Below are positions 59,051 to 64,000 of a stretch of 64,000 nucleotides of DNA, in pieces; the stretch's first letter is position 1, and the number at the start of each line of letters is the position of its first letter. The position numbers and the translations under genes were made by a program. Source of the DNA: an uncultured Gemmatimonadales bacterium (GTDB lineage: Bacteria; Gemmatimonadota; Gemmatimonadetes; Gemmatimonadales; Gemmatimonadaceae). The notes beneath the pieces are model-generated. The model made no database searches. It was not told where the DNA came from and saw only the letters and a program-made list of their open reading frames with translations. The stretch covers positions 2,912,001-2,976,000 of the forward strand of contig OY969695.1 of NCBI GenBank assembly GCA_963701965.1, in the 5' to 3' direction.

Positions 59051-59357
59051 AGGTGAAATGGGGCGGTCCCTGCGCGACGTGGCGCCCGCGCTGCCGCAAC
59101 GGATCGACGCCGATCCTGAGCACGTCGAGCAGGGACTCGCCCGTCTCGCCTTGACCTTGATCGAGTTGGTCCGTAAGGTCCTTGAGCACCAGGCAGTCCG
59201 GCGCATGGACGGCGGCACCTTGACACCCGAAGAGATCGAGCGTCTCGGACTGGCTTTGCTCAAGTTGAACGATCGGATGCAGGACCTGAAAACCACGTTC
59301 GGACTCTCCAATGATGATTTGGAGATCGACCTCGGACCACTTGGACGGCTCGGATGA
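59040..59357 (+). CDS. gvpK: Gas vesicle protein GvpK
   Basis: RIDADPEHVEQGLARLALTLIELVRKVLEHQAVRRM..G.L..EEIERLG...DLEIDLGPLG. Confidence 0.93.
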   Translation: MSSEGEMGRSLRDVAPALPQRIDADPEHVEQGLARLALTLIELVRKVLEHQAVRRMDGGTLTPEEIERLGLALLKLNDRMQDLKTTFGLSNDDLEIDLGPLGRLG

Positions 59358-59378
59358 CGCCGGGTTGGAGTTGACGTC

Positions 59379-59702
59379 TTGTCAGATTTCGTATCCCCGA
59401 CGCGGAGCCATGGACTGGTCGAGATTCTCGACCGCGTGCTCGACAAAGGCCTGGTCGTTGCCGGCGACATCAAGGTCAATCTGGCGAACGTCGAGTTGCT
59501 CACCATCCAAATCCGGTTGCTCATTTGCTCCATCGACAAAGCGGAGCAGATCGGGTTGAACTGGTGGCGTCACGACCCGCGGTTGACCGCGGGCCCGGTC
59601 GGCATGGGCGGGTACGTTCCCGGCGCCGACCTCGCCGATCGGCTGGCACGAATCGAGCGACAGCTCGACAAGCTCACTGGCACACAACCGGAGTCCTTGT
59701 AA
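59379..59702 (+). CDS. gvpJ: GvpJ-like GvpA-family protein
   Basis: [46 protein letters not shown]. Confidence 0.85.
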   Translation: MSDFVSPTRSHGLVEILDRVLDKGLVVAGDIKVNLANVELLTIQIRLLICSIDKAEQIGLNWWRHDPRLTAGPVGMGGYVPGADLADRLARIERQLDKLTGTQPESL

Positions 59703-60011
59703 ATGGCCGTCGAACGCTCCCCGAGTGGTAGCTCCCTGATCGATGTCCTCGACCGCGTGCTGGATAAGGGCATCGTGATCGATGCCTGGGTGCGGGTCTC
59801 GCTGGTGGGGATCGACTTGGTGACCGTCGAGGCGCGGATCGTCGTCGCCTCGATCGACACGTACCTCAAGTACTCGGAAGCCGTGGGTATCACGTCCCCG
59901 GTTTCCCGGCCGCGCGAGTCACTCATGGCGGCGACGGCCGAGGCGGAACTGGATCGGGTTCGGCTCGAGAACGCCGAGTTGCGGCGCCGACTCGAGCTGC
60001 AGCGGCCCTAG
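59703..60011 (+). CDS. gvpA: Major gas vesicle shell protein GvpA with C-terminal coiled-coil extension
   Basis: [62 protein letters not shown]. Confidence 0.93.
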   Translation: MAVERSPSGSSLIDVLDRVLDKGIVIDAWVRVSLVGIDLVTVEARIVVASIDTYLKYSEAVGITSPVSRPRESLMAATAEAELDRVRLENAELRRRLELQRP

Positions 60012-60027
60012 CCTTCGAGCGTAGACG

Positions 60028-62310
60028 GTGAGCGTTGCGGCGCACGACGACGCCGAACACACCGACGCGGGCGCGCTCCTCGAGTTCCTGGCCACGCTCA
60101 CGGAAGCTCCGGACAGCGCGACGGCGGCAACGTATCTGTTGTCGCAGTTGGTGGGGCGGACGCCCGGCGCGACCGGGCGCGCGTTCGCCATGCTGTTGGA
60201 CGTCACTCAGGAGACGTTGGCCGCGACGGCGACGCTCGGCATGTTGCCGGCCGAGTTGCCGGACGAGCCGGTGTCGATCACCAATGAGCGGCATCCGCTG
60301 GTCGTCTCGGCGCTCACCCTGACCACGGTCATCGGGTCCGGCGCGCGCTACGACATCCCGTTCACGGGATGGATGGTGTTCCCGCTGCCCCAGCCGACGT
60401 TCCGTGGTGCGCCGGCGCCGATTCCCAGCCACCGCGCTTCGGCGTTAGCGGCCAGCGTCAACGCGACGCCGGGGCCGGCGATCTTGCGGCCCGGCCAGGC
60501 GCCCGCCGGTGTCGTCGTCGTGGAAGGGTTGCCCGGCACGCCGGAGGATCTCGTCTTTCTCGCGCGCTTGGCGGCGCTGGCGGGACCGGTGTTGGCGCGG
60601 ATCGCGGCGGCCGGCCGGACGGATGACATGACGGACCGGTTGCGACAGCAGCGGGACCGGCTCCGCATGATGATCGATGCGCTGCCCGATCCGATCGTCA
60701 TCACCGACGCGGCGAACGACATCGTCGTGCAGAACGCGCGGGCCGAGCAGCTGCTCCACGCCCGGGAAGGCGACTCGCAAGGACGGCGGCGCGCTGTCGA
60801 GATCAACAACTTGCTCTTCACGTCGTATCTGTCGAAGGCGATGATGACGGGGCCGACCAAGCAGAGCGGCCCGCGGGAGTTGAATCTCGTCGACCCGAGC
60901 GAAGGCGCCGACATTTTGTTCGAGGTGCTCGCCCATCCCTTGAGCGAGCACGTGGATCGGAAAGGCGCGTTCCTCTCGGTGCTCCGCGACGTGACCGATC
61001 TCCGGCGCGCGGTGAACGAGTTGGAGCGGCACATGCAGCGGCTGCGGCTCGCCGAGATCGACGCGACGCGCGAGCGGGACCGGCTGAATCTCATCCTCGA
61101 GAATGTCGCCGATCCGATTCTCGTGACCGACGACCGGTCGAACATCATCCTGATGAACGATCAGGCCGAGCGGCTCTTCGAGATGGCGCCGGCGACGCCG
61201 GCGGCCACGGCGCGCGCCCGCCGCGCCCAGGCGCAGGCCGTCCGCGGCAACGACATGAAGTTCACGTCCTTCATCTCGGACTTCGCCATGGCGACGGCCA
61301 TGTCCCACCGGGCCGAGATGATGTTGACGCGGCCGGAGACCGGTGATGCGCTGCCCATGGAGGTCGTGTCCGGCAAGATCCGGAACGATCGCAACGAGCC
61401 CGTGGCCATCGTGTCCGTGCTGCACGATCTCACCAAGCAAGTGGAGAACGCGCAGCTCTACGAGGAGTTGAAGCGGTTCAGCGAGGATCTCGAGGCGCGC
61501 GTGCGCGCCGCCACCGGCGATCTCGCCGAACAGAATGCCAAGCTGCAGTGGCAGGCCCAGGAAGTGGAGCGGGCCAATACGCTCAAGTCCGAGTTCTTGG
61601 CCAGCATGTCACACGAGCTCCGCACGCCGATCAACGCGGTGCTCGGGCACACCGCGAACCTGATCGACAGCATCTACGGCGACGTGCGGCCCGCGCAGCT
61701 CGACATGCTCAAGCGCATCCGGGCCGCCGCCAACCATCTCCTGGCGTTGATCAACGACATCCTCGATCTGGCCAAGATCGAAGCCGGCAAGATGCCGTTG
61801 CGCATCGAGAGCGTGAGCTTGAGCGCCGTCGTCATCGAGATCTCGCAGCAGATCGAGCCGCTGATCCGGCGGAAGGGGCTCAACTACGTCACGCAGGTAC
61901 CGACGGATTGTCCGGCGCTGCGCACCGATCGGACGAAGGTGAAGCAGGTCCTGCTCAACTTGCTCTCCAACGCGATCAAGTTCACGCCGCGCGGCACCAT
62001 CACCCTACGCGCCGAGTGCGCGAACGAGTCCGTGCGCATCATGGTGATCGACACCGGGATCGGGATCAAAGAGAAGGACATGGAGGTGATCTGGGAGGAC
62101 TTCCGGCAGGTCGATCAGACGCTGATTCGCGAGTATGGCGGCACGGGTCTCGGTCTCAGCATCACCCGCAAGCTGCTCGACCGGCTCGGCGGCACGGCCG
62201 ACGTCCGCAGCGAATACGGCCGGGGGACGACGTTCACGGTGGTGCTGCCCTGGCGCGTCGACGAAGAGATGGCATTGACGACGCCCGTGGAGCAGCGGGC
62301 GATCTCGTAG
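60028..62310 (+). CDS. Soluble GAF-like/PAS-PAS sensor histidine kinase
   Basis: Two PAS domains (LPDPIVITD, VADPILVTD), FLASMSHELRTP, NLLSNAIKFT, DTGIGI, GGTGLGL. Confidence 0.93.
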   Translation: MSVAAHDDAEHTDAGALLEFLATLTEAPDSATAATYLLSQLVGRTPGATGRAFAMLLDVTQETLAATATLGMLPAELPDEPVSITNERHPLVVSALTLTTVIGSGARYDIPFTGWMVFPLPQPTFRGAPAPIPSHRASALAASVNATPGPAILRPGQAPAGVVVVEGLPGTPEDLVFLARLAALAGPVLARIAAAGRTDDMTDRLRQQRDRLRMMIDALPDPIVITDAANDIVVQNARAEQLLHAREGDSQGRRRAVEINNLLFTSYLSKAMMTGPTKQSGPRELNLVDPSEGADILFEVLAHPLSEHVDRKGAFLSVLRDVTDLRRAVNELERHMQRLRLAEIDATRERDRLNLILENVADPILVTDDRSNIILMNDQAERLFEMAPATPAATARARRAQAQAVRGNDMKFTSFISDFAMATAMSHRAEMMLTRPETGDALPMEVVSGKIRNDRNEPVAIVSVLHDLTKQVENAQLYEELKRFSEDLEARVRAATGDLAEQNAKLQWQAQEVERANTLKSEFLASMSHELRTPINAVLGHTANLIDSIYGDVRPAQLDMLKRIRAAANHLLALINDILDLAKIEAGKMPLRIESVSLSAVVIEISQQIEPLIRRKGLNYVTQVPTDCPALRTDRTKVKQVLLNLLSNAIKFTPRGTITLRAECANESVRIMVIDTGIGIKEKDMEVIWEDFRQVDQTLIREYGGTGLGLSITRKLLDRLGGTADVRSEYGRGTTFTVVLPWRVDEEMALTTPVEQRAIS

Positions 62311-62333
62311 GCCAATTCCCGGCTAATCCCCGG

Positions 62334-62666
62334 CTAATCCGCCCGGGTGCGGATCTCGCTGGCCCAGCGCACGACCTGATCGAGCACGGCCCGGACGCCG
62401 GGGTCATCGCCCCGCAGCGCGCCGGTACGGGCCAGGGCGTCGGCCACTTCGCGTTTGATCTCGGCGAGCACGCGTTCGGTGGGCTCGCCCTGCTTCATGA
62501 GATGGCGCGTCTGCTCGGCGACGGCGTCGCGGAGCTCGTCGTTGGCCATGGGCTGGGACGCATCCGTCATGCGGACCGCAATCTCGAGGCGCTGCAACGC
62601 ACCGGAGGAGAGGCGCCGGCGCCGCGGAGACGAGGAGTCAGTGCCACTGCTCATCATGAAAAACAA
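62334..62666 (-). CDS. Divergent member of the 'GxPPER...W' small helical family
   Basis: ELRDAVAE...GEPTERVLAEIK...LDQVVRWA. Confidence 0.62.
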   Translation of the reverse strand: MFFMMSSGTDSSSPRRRRLSSGALQRLEIAVRMTDASQPMANDELRDAVAEQTRHLMKQGEPTERVLAEIKREVADALARTGALRGDDPGVRAVLDQVVRWASEIRTRAD

Positions 62667-62721
62667 CCTTGATCGAACAGTGGCCGAATGTCAACGGCGC
62701 CCCTCAATTCTTATTTCGCTC

Positions 62722-63624
62722 TTATTTCGTCGCGTACCCGATGAACTTCGCCCGTACGGGGCCGGTCCGCTGGTTGTTCACCAGTTCGTGGTCAAACTCG
62801 CCGTACGATCCCGATGCACTGCGCACTTGCACGAAGTCACCGAGTTGCCAGGTCGCCGTCTCCGCCTGGTCGGCGGGGAAGACGTCCCACACGCTGCCAT
62901 CATCGATCTGGATGTAACGACTGCCCACACGGATCGCCGTGACCGTATGCGCATTCGCCGGCGGCAGGGGCGTGCGGGCGGCGGCGACACCCGACGCCGC
63001 GGCGGCTGGCATCGCGGCGTTTTGCGCGGCCGGTGCTGCCGGCGCCGCGCGCTGCTCCGACGACCGGTTCACACTGTCGATGAGCTGCGCCCGATATCGC
63101 GTGAACCAGACCTCGAGCGACTGCACCGCGGCCGGTGTCAACGTCGTGAGTCCGCTCGCCGTGTACTCGTGGAGGCTCATCAACTCATCGAGATGCACGG
63201 GGGCGCCGCTCGCTCCCGCCGGCGGATTGGTGTCGTACGTCCCCGCGGCCGCCACGGGCGCGCGGTCGCCGGCGTAGCCACCAGTAGCCGCAGTCGTGGC
63301 CGCGGCGGGCGCGGCGGGATACGTTGCCGCCGGTGCGGGGGGCGGCGTGCCCGGAGTGCCCGGCGGATACGTGGTGTTGCCGACAATCGTCGGGAGCACC
63401 GTCGGACCCTGCTGGGTGGGCGCCGGCGCCGGCGGCTTCGCGGCCGGCGTGCTCGCGCTCGAGCCACCGACATACGTGGCCGTCGCGGGCTGTTGTCCTT
63501 GTTGCTGTTGTCTGCTCTTGGGCGACGAGTATACCACGCCCCATCCATGCTGCGCGCTCGTGTCTTGCTGCGCGTGCAGCCCCACGGCGAAGGTCGAGCC
63601 GGCCAGCAGCATCACGTACCGCAT
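62722..63624 (-). CDS. Secreted Pro/Ala/Thr-rich protein with two small globular domains
   Basis: GGAG RBS, signal peptide ...GLHA|Q, low-complexity linkers, LDELMS..EY..SGL..L domain and YIQIDDGSVWDV beta domain. Confidence 0.7.
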   Translation of the reverse strand: MRYVMLLAGSTFAVGLHAQQDTSAQHGWGVVYSSPKSRQQQQGQQPATATYVGGSSASTPAAKPPAPAPTQQGPTVLPTIVGNTTYPPGTPGTPPPAPAATYPAAPAAATTAATGGYAGDRAPVAAAGTYDTNPPAGASGAPVHLDELMSLHEYTASGLTTLTPAAVQSLEVWFTRYRAQLIDSVNRSSEQRAAPAAPAAQNAAMPAAAASGVAAARTPLPPANAHTVTAIRVGSRYIQIDDGSVWDVFPADQAETATWQLGDFVQVRSASGSYGEFDHELVNNQRTGPVRAKFIGYATK

Positions 63625-63843
63625 CGGACGAGCTCCTGACGATGTGCGGGGTCTCTCAGTACTGGCGAGTCTACCAGAGAAAAGTACAACACTTGCAGCG
63701 CTTGCAATTGTAGGACCGCGGGGGGCGTGTGGAGTTCTCTCGCATTTTGCGAGGGTGAGCGGACTCGTCTGCCTTCTACGCCAGACGGAAGCGTCACGAA
63801 CCGTCCCCTCCAGAGCACGACTCTGTTTCGATGCGAGGACACT

Positions 63844-64000
63844 GTGACACAGCGTGTGCGAGCCGTCATTGTTGCGGTCATCGTGACCGCAGGGCCGCTG
63901 TCACTCGGCGGACAGACTGTAGTGACGCAAAAGTGGACCGCGGTCTTGGCCACACGCGATGCGCCGACGGTCGCCGCCGGACGGGCGACGGTCACGACGC
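63844..64000 (+). CDS. Probable exported protein, N-terminus only (window edge)
   Basis: GAGGA then GTG; TQRVRAVIVAVIVTAGPLSLGG signal-like; frame open to the end. Confidence 0.4.
   Translation, partial: MTQRVRAVIVAVIVTAGPLSLGGQTVVTQKWTAVLATRDAPTVAAGRATVTT

Noticed and set aside
62318..62340. Tandem duplication cccggctaatc x2 between convergent genes
   Set aside because: Only two 11-bp units overlapping a stop codon; no functional evidence
1..64000. CRISPR array, tRNA or rRNA genes
   Set aside because: No regularly spaced repeats and no recognisable structural RNA seen by eye; tRNAscan-SE/Infernal would be needed to exclude small RNAs

Overview
High-GC bacterial DNA; the gene content suggests Gemmatimonadota, which is an inference only. 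Left to right: (1) the 5' part of a P-type conjugative T4SS operon (trbB-C-D-E, minus strand, running off the left edge), directly preceded by an ECF sigma/FecR pair, then a beta-lactamase-fold protein lacking its catalytic residues and a PAS histidine kinase. (2) An IS3-family element interrupted by a decayed IS30-family element. (3) The main accessory locus (~10-36 kb): a compact type II secretion cluster (gspE-G-F-H-I-J-K-L-M-C-like-D) with an AraC regulator at its start and a receiver-less sigma-54 activator at its end. It is bracketed by two paralogous ~1,600-aa signal-peptide-bearing RHS/YD proteins with unrelated C-terminal tips, followed by candidate immunity genes and a tandem array of paralogous membrane proteins. 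(4) A toxin-antitoxin-rich patch with a ~308-bp direct repeat. (5) Ordinary-looking genes: DinB, metallophosphoesterases, VOC, radical SAM, YceI, ECF/anti-sigma, methyltransferase, Bor-like, DksA-like, M28 peptidase. (6) A gas-vesicle-type gvp cluster carrying a tandem ArsA/GET3 ATPase and no gvpN, followed by a PAS kinase. Several single-base frameshifts, some in homopolymers, may be assembly errors. All family calls come from motif recognition by eye; no database searches were run.
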